Positions 27,192 through 41,200 of a stretch of 64,000 nucleotides of DNA are shown here, one piece after another (the first letter of the stretch is position 1; each line of letters begins with the position of its first letter). Source of the stretch: Malacoraja senta (Eukaryota). The notes beneath the pieces are model-generated. The model did not search any database, had not been told where the DNA came from, and saw nothing but the letters and a program-made list of their open reading frames with translations. A program made the position numbers and the translations under genes. The stretch is taken from positions 3,412,001 to 3,476,000 of the forward strand of contig CM075994.1 in NCBI GenBank assembly GCA_038087875.1. Reading direction: 5' to 3'.

Positions 27192-27218
27192 ATAAAGAGC
27201 TTACTACAACGAAATCAG
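27192..27218 (+). CDS. micro-exon 27 nt, NKELTTTKS (GC donor)
   Basis: tattttcag|ataaagagcttactacaacgaaatcag|gcacgt; non-canonical GC donor inferred from module pattern. Confidence 0.7.
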
Positions 27219-27319
27219 GCACGTAATATAAAATGGCTTGGAAGATTAAAAAATGTAATTTCTGACAGAATGATACAAGGCACGAGAATACAGCTCAGAT
27301 TACAACACTACCATGAAGT

Positions 27320-27760
27320 TAAGTCATTCAAGTCTGATAGATATCTGCTTACGATCAGCCTCCTGCGTCCCATGGAATAAGCTCCATGCCTGTCCACTTC
27401 TCCCTATAGCTCAGGGCCCCGATCCTGGAAATACACTCATTAATCTTATCTGAACTCTTTCCAGCTCGCAAACATATTTCCCATAGCAGGCTGACCAAAC
27501 CTGAACAAAATAATACAAATGCGGCCTTAGCAATATATTGTACCACAGCACCATTACATCCCAAATTCTATACTCAATACCCTGACTGCAATGTATCGAA
27601 AGCCTTCCTGAACACCCTATCTACATGTGAAGCTACTTTCATGGTGACGTGTACCCAAACCTCTATATCGCTCTGCTCTAAAAACACTCCCTAGGGCTCT
27701 GCTATTCATTGTGAATATCCTGCCTGTTTGACTTCCCAAATTGCTACACCTCACTCTTGT
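27320..27760 (-). mobile_element. Old CR1 fragment
   Basis: Decayed match to the CR1 ORF2 C-terminal region. Confidence 0.6.
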
Positions 27761-28199
27761 GTGCAATTTGGGTCAATTTGGAGCGTCAGTAGAATGTCAT
27801 CATATCGTCTCTTTTAAATATCTTGATTATCATAATTTCAGGCCCTGTTCTGGCGACGACATCTGTGTCAATGGTTTTCAGAAGAAATGGAAAAGGGTTG
27901 TTGAGGTCTCCTTCCTCGTTAGACGTGCATAATGGACCTACATTTCATACTTTATCTTTATTGTAGGAACTATCAAACCTTGCGTTGTGAAGAGATTTCT
28001 GACTTGTTTTTCCTGAGTCCAGTGTAAATGAAAAAGGTCTTGATGACCATAAACTATTTCTCTGCCGAAACCAGAACACTTTTCACATTGAGGAGCATGT
28101 GTGGGGAAACATATCCTCTTAACAGTTAATTAATTTTATGGAGTAAAGGTATTTAATTCAAATGTAACTTCAAGAAAATGTATTGCTTTGGCATTTCAG

Positions 28200-28235
28200 A
28201 GGTTCACACACTTAAGTCCACGTTGGAGATAGCAA
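28200..28235 (+). CDS. micro-exon 36 nt, EVHTLKSTLEIA
   Basis: gcatttcag|aggttcacacacttaagtccacgttggagatagcaa|gtaag. Confidence 0.82.
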
Positions 28236-28689
28236 GTAAGAGATCACCACTGGCGGCTATTGTAATTTAAACACGATGCAGGTGGAAAGTCGGGATAGCG
28301 TAGAATTAATATGCACCTGAGAGAGAATTGGATTACAGAGAAAAAACGTGAAGAAGTAAATGAGAGATTGCAGACACAAAATGCAGGAGTAATTCAGCGG
28401 GACAGGCAGCATCTCTGGATAGAAGTAATGGGTGACGTTTCGGGTCGAGACCCTTATTCAGACTCCTTCTTCAGATGAGATATTGTTTTCAGAGCTGGCA
28501 TGCACACAATGGGCGGAAGGGCATCCTTCCATATCGTGGGGATCTAAACAATGAAGTAACAAATCTTGGAATTGGTCGACAGCTTGACTGGGCGTAAAAA
28601 CATCGGCCGATCTATGTGAACTTTTAGTGAAAAAAGCCATCTTCTCCGTAAATCATTCACCCAGTTAATGTGGTGCCAAGGGATAGAGA

Positions 28690-29920
28690 GCCAGAGAGCC
28701 ATAGAGTGATACAGTGTGGAAGCAGGCCCTTCGGCCCAACTCGTCCATACCGGCCAACAATTTCCCAGCTACACTAGTCCCACTTGCCTGCACTTGGGCC
28801 ATATCCCTCCAAACCTGTCCTATCCATGTACCTGTTTAACTGTTTCTTAAACGACGGGATAGCCCCAGCCTCAACTACCTTCTATGTCAGCTTGTTCCAT
28901 ACACCCATCACAATTTGTGTATAAAAGTAACCCCTCGGATTCGTATTAAATCTTTCTCCTTCACCTTAAACCTCTGTCCTCTGGTCCTCGATCCCCCAAC
29001 TCTCGGCAAAAGACAGGTGCATCTAACCGATCTATTCATCTCATGATTTAGTATACCTCTATCAGACCTCCGCTCATCCTCCTGCTCTCCATGCAATAGA
29101 GACACAGCCTACTCAACCTCTCCCTGTAGCTCACACCATCTAGTCCTGGCAACAACCTCGTAAATATTTTCTGAACCCTTTCAAGCTTGACAATATATTT
29201 CCTAGAACACGGCACCCAGAACAGAACACATTATTCTAAATGCGGTCTCACCAACGTAGTTTACAACTGCAAAAAGACCTCCCAACATCTATACTCAATA
29301 CTCTGACTGACGAAGGCCAAAGTGCCAAAAGTGTTTTTGAGCACCTTATCTACCTGCAACTCAACCTACAAGGAACCATGCACCTGTACTCCTAAAACCC
29401 TCTGTCCACAACCCAGAGGTCTCCTATTTACTGTGTAGGTCCTCCCCATGTTCGACGTCAAAAAATGCAACACCTCACATTTCTCTGTATTACATGTTAT
29501 CAACTATTCCGCCGCCCACCTGGCCAATCGATCCAGATCCTGGTGCAATAGTTCACAACCATCTTCACTGTCTGCAAAACCACTAACTTGTGTATCATCA
29601 GCAAACTTGCTGATCTTGCCCTGTATTTTCTCATCCAAATAATTGATGTAGGTTGCAAACAGTAACCGGCCCAACACCGAACCTTGAGGCACACCACTAG
29701 TCACAGGCATCCAGTCTGAGAAGCAACCTTCCTCCATTACCCTTTGCTTCCTTCCATGGAGTCAATTTGCTATCCATTCAGCTATCTATCCTTGAATCCC
29801 ATGCGAAGTAACGTGCCAGAGCAGCCTACCATGCAGAACCTTGTCGAACGCCTTACTGAAGTCCATGTACACAACATCTTCAGCTCTGCCCTTATCAACC
29901 TTTATGGTCACGTCTTCAGA
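28690..29920 (-). mobile_element. Older CR1 subfamily 3' fragment
   Basis: VTSGVPQGSVLG..KISKFADDT..DLDRLARWA; CR1 3' UTR. Confidence 0.9.
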
Positions 29921-30262
29921 AATAAATAACAAATGAGAACGAATTTTCTAATGCCGCTTCAAGTAAAATGATAGCGAATGAGACGATTTTTCGGTGCTTA
30001 TCCACTCACACGCATTCATAATTAGCTCATAAACATGCAAATCTAGGGTAAATTATTGATGATCTATTCGCAAATAAAATGAACAAATTCCACGAAATTC
30101 ACTTTAATGCCCATCAACAGTATTCACGGAGCACAAAATGGAAGCCGACGGGTCTGATTGTCTTCTACTTTAATAAGTCACAATTTACCTCGAAGTATTC
30201 GGTAACATACCGACAAATATTTCCTTTCTTCCGGAGATTGAAAGAGCATGCCTCTGATGTTC

Positions 30263-30408
30263 TTCTTCTTCTTCTTCTTCTTTCCTGTGACGTGCACAGC
30301 CTAAAGTTGTAGGACAATTTGTTCTATTTGATCTTCCGTTTGTGCACATCGAGTTGATTGCATTAGTCGAAACAGGGCGGACCACGTGGAGGTTGCTATA
30401 TTCCACCC
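30263..30408 (-). mobile_element. Short non-LTR retroposon 3' end with (GAA)n tail, RTE-X-like
   Basis: TSD CCTCTGATGTTC at 30251-30262 and 30409-30420. Confidence 0.65.
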
Positions 30409-31196
30409 CCTCTGATGTTCATGTGCTCCGTAAATCCATGCTGAATTTCACAGAGATGAAAGCCAGAAACGTGCACATGCGTACACTGTTGATGGCGGAA
30501 GTGCTTTTGTGGCGAAGTACTACTAGAGCAGTATGCCAAATTGTATTGTAACAATGCAGTCTAAAATCATGAGATCCTTTCACTGTAAAACGAAATTTTT
30601 GTTTTTTAATTCAAGAGCTCCATATACGCATTTATATGCGGAACATCTCCATTTATCGAGTTAATATTTTCATCCAGAATGTATTTCATCTCACTGTCAA
30701 AGTAGATATATTTATGCGGTACACATCTATTACTATTGGCATAACACGGCGGGGATCAGATTTGCGGCAAATATTAATATATTTTACATTCCTTTGTGAT
30801 ATTTGCACTACCAGTGTGGGCAAGTTGGGCCCAAGGGCCTGTTTCCACACTGTATCACTTTTCAAAAACTAACACTTCGATATCTTCATAATCTAAAAAA
30901 AGGTATTATCATAAAGAAATAAAGAGCTGTAATTGACTTTGTCCAAATAAGTTTAGTATTTAATGATCGAAACTTTAAATCTGACATAACTAAACTGGAT
31001 ATGAGAAATAGGGAGAAATCTGCGGAAGAAATTATATGCATTTTCAAACAACGTTCTTGTATTTTACCTTGGCAAACGTGTCCCGTTGAACTGACATAAA
31101 TTCTGGTATTTTTGTACCATGTGATGCTATATCCTTGAGTTTTTGTTCAGGAAAATAATCAGAAAGCGCACTGACGTTTATATTTTATTCCAAAAG

Positions 31197-31223
31197 AGAA
31201 CGATTTGCAACTGAAAGATGAAG
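31197..31223 (+). CDS. micro-exon 27 nt, KNDLQLKDE
   Basis: ttttattccaaaag|agaacgatttgcaactgaaagatgaag|gtatc; weaker AAG acceptor, peptide similar to VQLLELKDK. Confidence 0.75.
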
Positions 31224-31340
31224 GTATCAATTGTCAATACTGTTGTAAACAGTGCTCAAATGCGCATGTGGAACTATGAAATTAAAATGTTTGCAGGCTA
31301 AACGTTGACCAAGAATTATTTTGTGGCATTTTCACCCCAG

Positions 31341-31367
31341 AACTTCTGAAACATGTCAAGAGTGATG
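31341..31367 (+). CDS. micro-exon 27 nt, ELLKHVKSD
   Basis: ttttcaccccag|aacttctgaaacatgtcaagagtgatg|gtgagt; similar to DMSDHLKTD. Confidence 0.85.
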
Positions 31368-31628
31368 GTGAGTGAATAAAAACATGAGTTACTCATCGGT
31401 CCATAAAATTTCGAACCAGGCATGCTGAAGGGAAAAACGCACTTATGATTGCGCCTCAATTGATACAACATTTGAAAGTATTTAAAATGTTGGAGGGAGA
31501 TAAGTCAATTAAGTCAATGTCAAATTTAACATTCATCGGCCTTTCAGGTTAATCTACAAATTTATGCTGCTATTTCTAATCTATTCGGTCACCCGGGTAC
31601 TGCACCTGGCCGTGTAGTGATTTTATTT

Positions 31629-31700
31629 CGTTTAGTTTAGTTTAGTTTAGTTTACTTTAGTTTAGATCAGTTTAGTTTCGTTTTGTTTAGTTTAGGTTAG
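31629..31700. repeat. (GTTTA)n microsatellite
   Basis: Seen directly. Confidence 0.9.
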
Positions 31701-32069
31701 CTTAGCACCTCCACAGACACCTCTGTCAAGCTTCTCAAGTTTGCGGACGATACAACCCTGATTGGACTGATCCAGGATGGGGAGGAATCTGCCTACAGAT
31801 AGGAAGTGTCACAGCTTGCGTCCTGGTGCCGTCGCAACAACCTAGAGCCCGATGCTCTGAAGACAGTGGATTTGATTGTGGAAGTTAGGAGAGCTCCCCC
31901 CCCCCCCTCACCCCACTCACCATCAACAACACCACAGTCACATCTGTGGAGTCTTTTAAGTTCCTAGGAACCATCATTCCCAAGGACCTTAAGTGGGGGG
32001 GCTAACATCGTCTGCACAGTCAAAAGGGCACAACAGAGGATGTACTTTGTTCTTATAGAAACCAGAACT

Positions 32070-32400
32070 ATGTTGGGGAAGTCCAGGACAAGGGGTCACA
32101 GCTTAAGGATAAGGGGGAAATCCTTTAAAACCGAGATGAGAAGAACTTTTTTCACACAGAGAGTGGTGAATCTCTGGAACTCTCTGCCACAGAGGGTAGT
32201 CGAGGCCAGTTCATTGGCTATATTTAAGAGGGAGCTAGATGTGGCCCTTGTGGCTAAAGGGATCAGAGGGTATGGAGAGAAGGCAGGTACGGGATACTGA
32301 GTTGGATGATCAGCCATGATCATATTGAATGGCGGTGCAGGCTCGAAGGGCCGAATGGCCTACTCCTGCACCTAATTTCTATGTTTCTATGTTTCTATGT
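32070..32400 (+). mobile_element. Young CR1 3' fragment inside Rex1
   Basis: GKSRTRGHSLRIRG..GEKAGTGY*; (TTCTATGT)n tail. Confidence 0.95.
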
Positions 32401-32840
32401 TACTTCCTACGGCAGCACAATCTGCCACAAGCAATGATGGTCCAATTCTACACGGCCATCGTAGAGTCTGTTCTGACCTTCTCCATCATGGTCTGGTTTG
32501 GCTCAGCCACCAAGCACGACACCTGGAGGCTGCAGCGAATTGTCCGATCAGCAGAGAAGGTTATTGGCAGCAAACTTCCCGCCATTGATGAACAGTACAA
32601 TGGAAGGGCCAGGAAGCGAGCGGGCGAGATCATCTCAGACCACTCTCAACCTGGCCAGAAATTCTTTAAATCATTTCCCTCTGGAAGGCGACTCCGGACT
32701 GTCAAAGCAGCCACAGCCAGACTTAAAAACTGTTTTTTATCCACGAGTAGTTGCTCTTCTCAACAGCCAGAAATCTGTATCCTCACTTTGATCTGGTATT
32801 TTGTTGGTTCACATGCTTGATCAATGGTGTTTTTATTATT

Positions 32841-35800
32841 GTTCAAGAAGGAACTGCAGATGCTGGAAAATAGAAGGAAGACAAAAGTGCTGGAGAAATT
32901 CAGCGGGTGCGGCAGCGTCTATGGAGCGAAGGAAATAGGCAACGTTTCGGGCCGAAACCCTTATTCAGACTGATGCAGGGTGGGTGGGGGGGCGGGAAGA
33001 AGAAAGGAAGAGGAGGAGCCAGAGGGCTCAGGGAGAGCTGGGAAGAGGAGGACACAGCAAGAGCTACCGTAAATTGGAGAAGTCAATGTTCAAGCCGCTG
33101 GGGTGCAGACTGCCCAAGCGGAATATGAGGGGCTGCTCCTCCAATTTCCAGTGGTGCTCACTCTGACCATGGAGGAGGCTCAGGGCAGAAAGGTCGGATT
33201 CGAAATGGGAGGGGGAGTTGAAGTGATGAGCCACAGGGAGATCAGGTTGGTTAATGCGGACCGAGCGGAGGTGTTCGGCGAAACGATCGCCTAGCCTACG
33301 CTTCGTTTCACTGATGTAGATCAGCTGATAATCTAGAGCAGCGGATGCAATAGATGAGGTTGGAGGAGGTGCAGGTGAACCTCTGTCGCACCTGGAACGA
33401 CTGCTTGGGTCCTTGAATGGAGTCGAGGGGGAAGGTAAAGCGACAAGTGTAGCATCTGCTGCGTCTGCAAGGGAAACAGCCCGGGGAGGGGGTGGTGCGG
33501 GTGGGAAGGGAAGCATTGACCAGGGAGTTACGGAGGGAGTGGTCTTTGCGGAAAGCAGACAGGGGGAAGATGGGAAAATGTGGCGAGAGGTGGGGTCACG
33601 TTGGAGGTGGCGAAAATGACGGAGGACTATTTGTTCTATGTGACGGCTAGTGGGGTGAAAGGTGAGGATTAGGGGGACTCTACATGTCTAGATGTCCGCT
33701 GCTCTAGATGTCAGCTGATCTACATCGGTGAGACCATGCGTAGGCTTGGCGATCGTTTCACCGAACACCTCCGCTCGATCCGCATTAACCAACCTGATCT
33801 CCCTGTGGCTCAGCACTTCAACTCCCCCTCCCATTCCGAATCCGACCTTTCTCTCCTGGGCCACCTCCATGGCCAGAGTGAGCACCACCGGAAATTGGAG
33901 GAGCAGCACCTCATGTTCCGCTTGGGCAGTCTGCACCCAAACGGCTTGAACATTGACTTCTCAAATTTCCGGTAGCCCTTGCTGTCTCCTCCCATTCCCA
34001 GCTCTCCCTCAGCTCTCTGGATCCTATTCTTCCTTTTTTCTCCCCCACCCACCCACCCTGCATCAGTCTGAAGAAACGTTGCCTATTTCCTTCGCTCCAT
34101 AGATGCTGCCGCACCCGTTAATTTCCTCCAGCACCTTTGTCTACCTTCGATTTTCCAGCATCTGCAGTTCCTTCTTGAACATTTTATCTACTCCACTGCG
34201 ATATCTCCTCAAGGTATGCCTACTTTGAAGAAGTTCTCCTCCTCCCTCCGAAGACAGTTTCACAACCTTCTCTCTGACTGCCCTAACCCCCCCCCCCTCT
34301 GTGATTCCCCGTTCCCTCCAACTCTACGACCACATCCTAACCCAGTCCCGATACGACAGCCACGTTTGCTTTCTCGGGACATGCCTGCGTCTCCGTCTCG
34401 TGCCTCATGGCCTTCAGCTCCAGTTCTCTACCTCCCAGTTCGGACACAAGCCGGATTTTCGATAACGACTGGCTATCTGCAATTCTCCTTCCGGACACTG
34501 AGATCTGCTCTGGGTGCTATGCGCCGGCACCAGCAGGACCTCGCTTTGATTCTCCCGAAATTTCGGGTCTCAGTTACCCAGACCTGCAACGGACCCCAAG
34601 TCTACTTCATCCTCCGGAAGATCCAGGTCTTCAATCCTGGCCCACCTTAACTCCACCAAGGACCTGAAACTAGCCCGCCTCCAGGCCACTCCTGCCACCT
34701 CTCCGCGACTCGACCGATACCGTCGCCTCCGCCTCACAGCGTTCTTCCATGGGAATGAGCTCTCTCCCCCCATTGTTAATCCCTTGTCCCGTCGCCAACG
34801 GACCCCCTCCTCTTGGAACCCCTCCTTCATGGCCAACCTCCGGCTATAGACATTTTTATTCAAAACTGCTGGCGGGACAACAACCGCCTCAAAATCTCCA
34901 CTCCCCTGTCTCACTCTAACCTCTCCCCCCCTGAACGTACAGCCATCGACTCAATCCGCAACAACCCACACTGGGTTATCAAACCCGCCGACAAGGGAGG
35001 TGTCGTGGTAGTCTGGCAAGCTGATCTCTACAAAGCTGAGGCCACGCGCCAACTCTCGGACACCTCCTCCTACTGATCCCTGGATCATGACCCCACTGAG
35101 GAGCACCAGGCCACTATCTCTAGCACCATCACTGACTTCATCAACTCCGGCTCCCTGCCTCACGAAGCCTCCAACCTCATCGTTCCCCAGCCCCGCACGG
35201 CTCGATTTTACCTTCTCCCCAAAATCCACAAACCTGACTCCATCCTATCCCTCCTGGTTAAATCTCTCCAGACCTATGACCAAGACACCTCAGACATTCT
35301 CCGTCGTCTCCGGGCATTACATTCTCTAGGCCATCCTCAGCTTCACCATGGACGTCCAGTCAATCTACACCTACATCCCTATACCAGGAGGGTCTCAAAG
35401 CCCTCTGGTTCTTCCTCGAACGGAGAACCAAACAATCCCCGTCAACAGATACTCTCCGCCTAGCGGAGCTGGTCCTTACCCTCAATAACTTTCGTTTGAC
35501 TCCTCCCATTTCCTCCAAATACAACTCGTAGCTATGGGCACGCGCATGGGCCCCAGCTATGCCTGCCTCTTTGTAGGGTACGTCGAACAATCCATGTTCG
35601 AGACGTACCAGGGCCCCATCCCCGACCTCTACCTCCGCTACATCGACGATTGCATTGGTACTACCTCCTGCACTCACACACAACTCACTGACTTCATCAA
35701 CTTCACCACTAACTTCCATCCGGCACTGAAATACACATGGACCACTTCCCTACCATTTCTTGACCTCACTATCTCCATCGCAGGTGACAGACTTCTGACC

Positions 35801-36792
35801 GACATCCACTATAAACCTACTGACTCCCATGGCTATCTAGACTACACTTCTTCCTACCCTGCTTCCCTTCTCCCGATTCCTCCATCTACGCCGCATCTGC
35901 TCCCAGGATGAGGTGTTCCACACGAGGGCATCGGAAATGTCCTAATTCTTCAGGAAACGGGGGTTCACCTCCCCTACTATACAATAGGCTCTCACCAGGG
36001 TCTCTTCAATACCCCGCAACACTGCACTCTCTCCCCATCCCCCCACTCGGAACAAGGGCAGAGTCCCCCTAGTCCTCACCTTCCACCGCACTAGCCGTCA
36101 CATACAACAAATAGTCCTCCGTCATTTTCGCCACCTCCAACGTGACCCCACCACTCGCCACATTTTCCCATTCCCCCCCCTGTCTGCTTTCCGCAAAGAC
36201 CGCTCCTTCCGTAACTCCCTGGTCAATTCTTCCCTTCCCACCCGCACCACCCCGTCCCCGGGCACTTTCCCTTGCAAACGCAGGAGATGCTATACGTGTC
36301 GCTTTACCCCCCCCCCCCCCCCCCGACTCCATTCAAGGACCCAAGCAGTCGTTGAAGGTGCGACAGAAGTTCACTGGCACCTCCTCCAACCTCATCTCTT
36401 GCATCCGCTCCTCCAGATGTCAGCTGATCTACATCTGTGAGACGAAGCGTACGCTTGGCGATCGTTTCGCAGAACACCTCCGCTCGGTCCACATTAACCA
36501 ACCTGATCTCCCTGTGGCTCAGCACTTCAACTCCCGCTCCCATTCCGAATCCGACCTTTCTGTCCTGGGCCTCCTCCATGGCCAGAGTGAGCACCACCGG
36601 ATATTGGAGGAGCAGCATCTCATATTTCGCTTGGGCAGTCTGCACCCCAGCGACTTGAAGATTGACTTCTCCAATTTCCGGTAGCACTTTCCGTGCTCTC
36701 CCTCCCCTTCCCAGCTGTCCCTCAGCCCTCTAGCTCCTCCTCTTCCTTTCTTATTCCCCGCCCCTCCTCCCACCCTGCATCAGTCTGAAGAA
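32841..36792 (+). mobile_element. Penelope-like element: inverted 3' segment (32841-33680), pLTR (33685-34180), degenerate RT and GIY-YIG ORF, truncated 3' pLTR
   Basis: IKPADKGG, MGTRMGPSYACLFVG, YLRYIDD, YKPTDSHGYL, IYICETKRTLGDRFAEH. Confidence 0.93.
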
Positions 36793-36949
36793 GTGTTTTA
36801 TCATTAATGTTTCATTATGATTAATGTTTGGTGTTTTCTGAGTCATTCGTAACTGTCACTGTATGCCATTTTGTTACTTGTGGGCGGAGCACCAAGGCAA
36901 ATCCCTTGTATGTGAATACTTGGCCAATAGACTTACTTACTTATTCACT

Positions 36950-37237
36950 TTAGTGATACAGTGCTGAAACAGGCTCTTTGGCACACGGAGTCCACACCGA
37001 CCAGCTATCCCCGCAAACTAACGCAATCCTACACTACACTCATGCCAAGCCAATTAACCTACAAACCTACTCGTCTTTGGAGTGTGGAAAGAAACCGATG
37101 AACTCGGAGAAAACCCACACTGTCACGGGGACAACGTACAAACTGCGTACAGAGAGAACCCGTAGTCGGGATCGAAACTGGATCTGGCGCTGAAAGCGCT
37201 GTAAGGCAGTAACTCTAACGCTGTCACCATGCCGCCG
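36950..37237 (-). mobile_element. tRNA-derived V-SINE (HE1-like)
   Basis: Minus-strand tRNA-like head, V-core-like gtgggttttctccgagttcatcggtttctttccacac, CR1-type tail. Confidence 0.75.
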
Positions 37238-37602
37238 ATTATGATGACTCGCGCGGTATATTTGCACCCGTGCGTCTTCCTGCTATGGAATCGACTGTGA
37301 TGGCATTCTCATAAAGTTATTGTCAAAATACATTTTCGGTACTAAGCTAATTTTCAGCGTGGTCAGATCGACCACATGTATGCAACTTTAGAAAACAAAA
37401 GCAAATATGGAGGAAATAGAGCGGACAAGGCCACAACATCCATGTATAGTCGAATGAAACCACCATGTCTTTATGCAATAGCAAGTTTTGTGTTCAACTG
37501 CGGCAGAAGGGCATAAACCATTATCAAATAAAAGAAGAATATGACACCTCATCTCAGTCATTGTTGCTTTAATATATGTTGCTTCGCTTTTTATTCTCGC
37601 AG

Positions 37603-37629
37603 AGGAACAGATACGTGAAACCCAGCAGG
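37603..37629 (+). CDS. micro-exon 27 nt, EEQIRETQQ
   Basis: tttttattctcgcag|aggaacagatacgtgaaacccagcagg|gtaaa. Confidence 0.83.
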
Positions 37630-38250
37630 GTAAATGGCTTATTTTTCATTCACTTAGAGCTGTCGTTTCTGCGGCTGAGACAAATGTACAAAAATTGTGA
37701 AGAGGTGCTGTCATTACTCTTACACGTCTGACATCAGTGACCATAGAGGCAGCCTCTTGAGATCTACTGATTATCTTTTAAAGTAGAGAAAACTTTGCTT
37801 TGCGCAAATGGTTATATTGAGGACCAGTCATAAAGATATTGAATGACGACGAAGCATTGAGGGGATAGGTTGTCTATTCCTGGTCCTACTTTTGTTGTAT
37901 TTGCCTGTGAAAATTCAGAATTATCATTACAAAGTGATTGGGAAGCATGATAACCAGTGGTTCTGTGCAGAGTTGTATGTTAACTGCACGGCTTATCGGC
38001 GTAGACGAGACATTGAGGACTGAATTTCAAACTCATGTGCGAGGTCAAACGACAATGCACGCAGTCAACATCCCTGTCGGTTGAATAGCAGACTGAGAAT
38101 CGCACTGAAGAACGGTCCCGACGTCACCTCTCCGTGTTCTCAAGAGATGCTATCTGAATCGTTGAGTTACTCGAGCACTTTGCGTCCTTCTGCGTATTAA
38201 TCACAATCGCAGTTCTTTGTTTCATCTCCCTCCACACTTTCCGCCCTCCG

Positions 38251-41200
38251 TAGGGTAAGAAGGGTAAGGAAAAGAAGAGGAGGGCAATATTAATAGGGGA
38301 CTCTATAGTTAGGGGGTCAGACAGGCGATTCTGTGGACGCAGTCGGGAGACCCGGATGGTAGTTTGCCTCCCTGGTGCCAGGGTCTGTGATGTGTCCCAA
38401 CGTGTCCAAGACATCCTGAAAGGGCAGGGAGAGGAGCCCGAGGTCGTGATACATATAGGTACCAATGACATAGGTAAAAAAAAGAGAAGAGGTCCTGAAA
38501 GGAGAATTTAGGGAGTTAGGAGGGGAGTTAAAGAGAAGGACAGCAAAGGTAACAATCTCGGGATTACTGCCTGTACCACGCGACAGTGAGAGTAGGAATG
38601 GAGCGAGGTGGAGGATGAATGCGTGGCTGAAGGACTGGTGCAGAAGGCAGGGATTCAAATTTCTGGATCATTGGGACTTCTTTTGTGGAAGGTTCGACCT
38701 GTACAAAAAGGATGGGTTGCACTTGAACCTGAGGGGGACCGATATCCTGGCGGGGAGATCTGCAAAGGCTACTGGGGAGACTTTAAACTAGAATGGTTGG
38801 GGGGAGGGACTCAAATAGAGAATGCTATTAGACAGTGTGTGAGGCAGGAGGCAGAGAAGGAAAGCACTCAGACCCAACATGTAGGGGGGAAAGAAGAAAA
38901 CAATAATAAACAGAGAATAAGAGGTGGTGGGGTTCTTAAATGGATGAGCAGAGAAACAGAGGGGTGTAAAATGCGGGCGGAAGCAATAGGTAGCAAGGTG
39001 AAAGGTAAAAGTGGCAGGCAGACAAATCCAGGACAAAAATCAAAAAGAGCCACTTTTCAACATAATTGTATAAGGGGTAAGAGCGTTGTAAAAACAAGTC
39101 TGAAGGCTTTGTGTCTCAATGCAAGGAGCATTCGTAATAAGGTGGATGAGTTGAACGTGCAGATAGCAATTAATGATTATGATATAGTTGGGATCACGGA
39201 GACATGGCTCCAAGGTGACCAAGGCTGGGAGCTGAACATCCAGGGATATTCAATATTCAGGAGGGATAGAGAGAAAGGAAAAGGAGGTGGGGTGGCGTTG
39301 CTGGTTAGAGAGGAGATTAACGCAGTGGAAAGGAAGGACATTAGCTTGGAGGATGTGGAATCGGTATGGGTAGAGCTGCGAAACACTAAGGGGCAGAAAA
39401 CGCTGGTGGGCGTTGTGTACAGGCCACCTAGCAGTAGTAGTGAAGTTGGGGATGGCATCAAACAGGAAATTAGAAATGCGTGCAACAAAGGCAAAACAGT
39501 TATAATGGGTGACTTCAATCTACATATAGATTGGGTGAATCAAATTGGCAGGGGTGCTGAGGAAGAGGATTTCTTGGAATGTATGAGGGATAGTTATCTA
39601 AACCAACATGTAGAGGAACCAACGAGAGAGCAGGCTATTCTAGACTGGGTATTGAGTAATGAGGAAGGGTTAGTTAGCAGACTTGTTGTGCGTGCCCCCT
39701 TGGGCAAGAGTGATCATAATATGGTTGAGTTCTTCATTAGGATGGAGAGTGACATTGTTAATTCAGAAACAACGGTTCTGAACTTAAAGAAAGGTAACTT
39801 TGAGGGTATGAGACATGAATTGGCCAAGATTGACTGGCAATTAGTTCTAAAAGGGTTGACGGTGGATATGCAATGGAAGGCATTTAAAGACTGCATGGAT
39901 GAACTACAAAAATTGTTCATCCCAGTTTGGCAAAAGAATAAATCAAGGAAGGTAGTGCATCCGTGGATAACAAGGGAAATCAGGGATAGTATCAAAGCAA
40001 AAGATGATGCGTACAAATTAGCCAGAAAAAGCAGCATACCAGAGGACTGGGAGAAATTCAGAGACCAGCAGAGGAGGACAAAGGGCTTAATTAGGAAAGG
40101 GAAAATAGATTATGAAAGGAAACTGGCAGGGAACATAAAAACTGACTGCAAAAGTTTTTATAGATATGTGAAGAGAAAGAGATTAGTTAAATCAAATGTA
40201 GGTCCCTTGCAGTCAGAAACAGGTGAATTGATCATGGGGAACAAGGATATGGCAGACCAATTGAATAACTACTTTGGTTCCGTCTTCACTAAGGAAGACA
40301 TAAATAATCTGCCGGAAATAGCAGGGGGCCGCGGGTCAAAGGAGATGGAGGAACTGAGTGAAATCCAGGTTAGTCGGGAAGTGGTGTTGGGTAAATTGAA
40401 TGGATTAAAGGCCGATAAATCACCAGGGCCAGATAGGCTGCATCCCAGAGTACTTAAGGAAGTAGCTCCAGAAATAGTGGATGCATTAGTGATAATTTTT
40501 CAAAACTCTTTAGATTCTGGAGTAGTTCCTGAGGATTGGAGGGTAGCAAACGTAACCCCACTTTTTAAGAAGGGAGGGAGAGAGAAAACGGGGAATTACA
40601 GACCAGTTAGTCTAACATCGGTAGTGGGGAAACTGCTAGAGTCAGTTATTAAAGATGGGATAGCAGCACATTTGGAAAGTGGTGAAATCATTGGACAAAG
40701 TCAGCATGGATTTACGAAAGGTAAATCGTGTCTGACGAATCTTATAGAATTTTTCGAGGATGTAACTAGTAGAGTGGATAGGGGAGAACCAGTGGATGTG
40801 TTGTATCTGGACTTTCAGAAGGCTTTCGACAAGGTACCACATAAGAGATTAGGATACAAACTTAAATCACACGGTATTGGGGGTTCAGTATTGATGTGGA
40901 TAGAGAACTGGCTGGCAAACAGGTAGCAAAGAGTAGGAGTAAACGGGTCCTTTTCACAATGGCAGGTAGTGACTAGTGGGGTACCACAAGGCTCAGTGCT
41001 GGGACCCCAGCTATTTACAATTTATATTAATGATCTGGACGAGGGAATTGAAAGCAACATCTCCAAGTTTGCGGATGACACTAAGCTGGGGGGCAGTGTT
41101 AGCTGTGAGGAGGATGCTAGGAGACTGCAAGGTGACTTGGATAGGCTGGGTGAGTGGGCAAATGTTTGGCAGATGCAGTATAATGTGGATAAATGTGAGG

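Larger units (their letters stand above)
31703..36945 (+). mobile_element. Rex1/Babar 3' part (31703-32840, tail 36795-36945) split by a CR1 fragment and a Penelope
   Basis: KFADDTTLIGLI, QFYTAIVESVLTFSIMVWFGS; tail matches the reverse complement of about 15615-15700. Confidence 0.85.
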
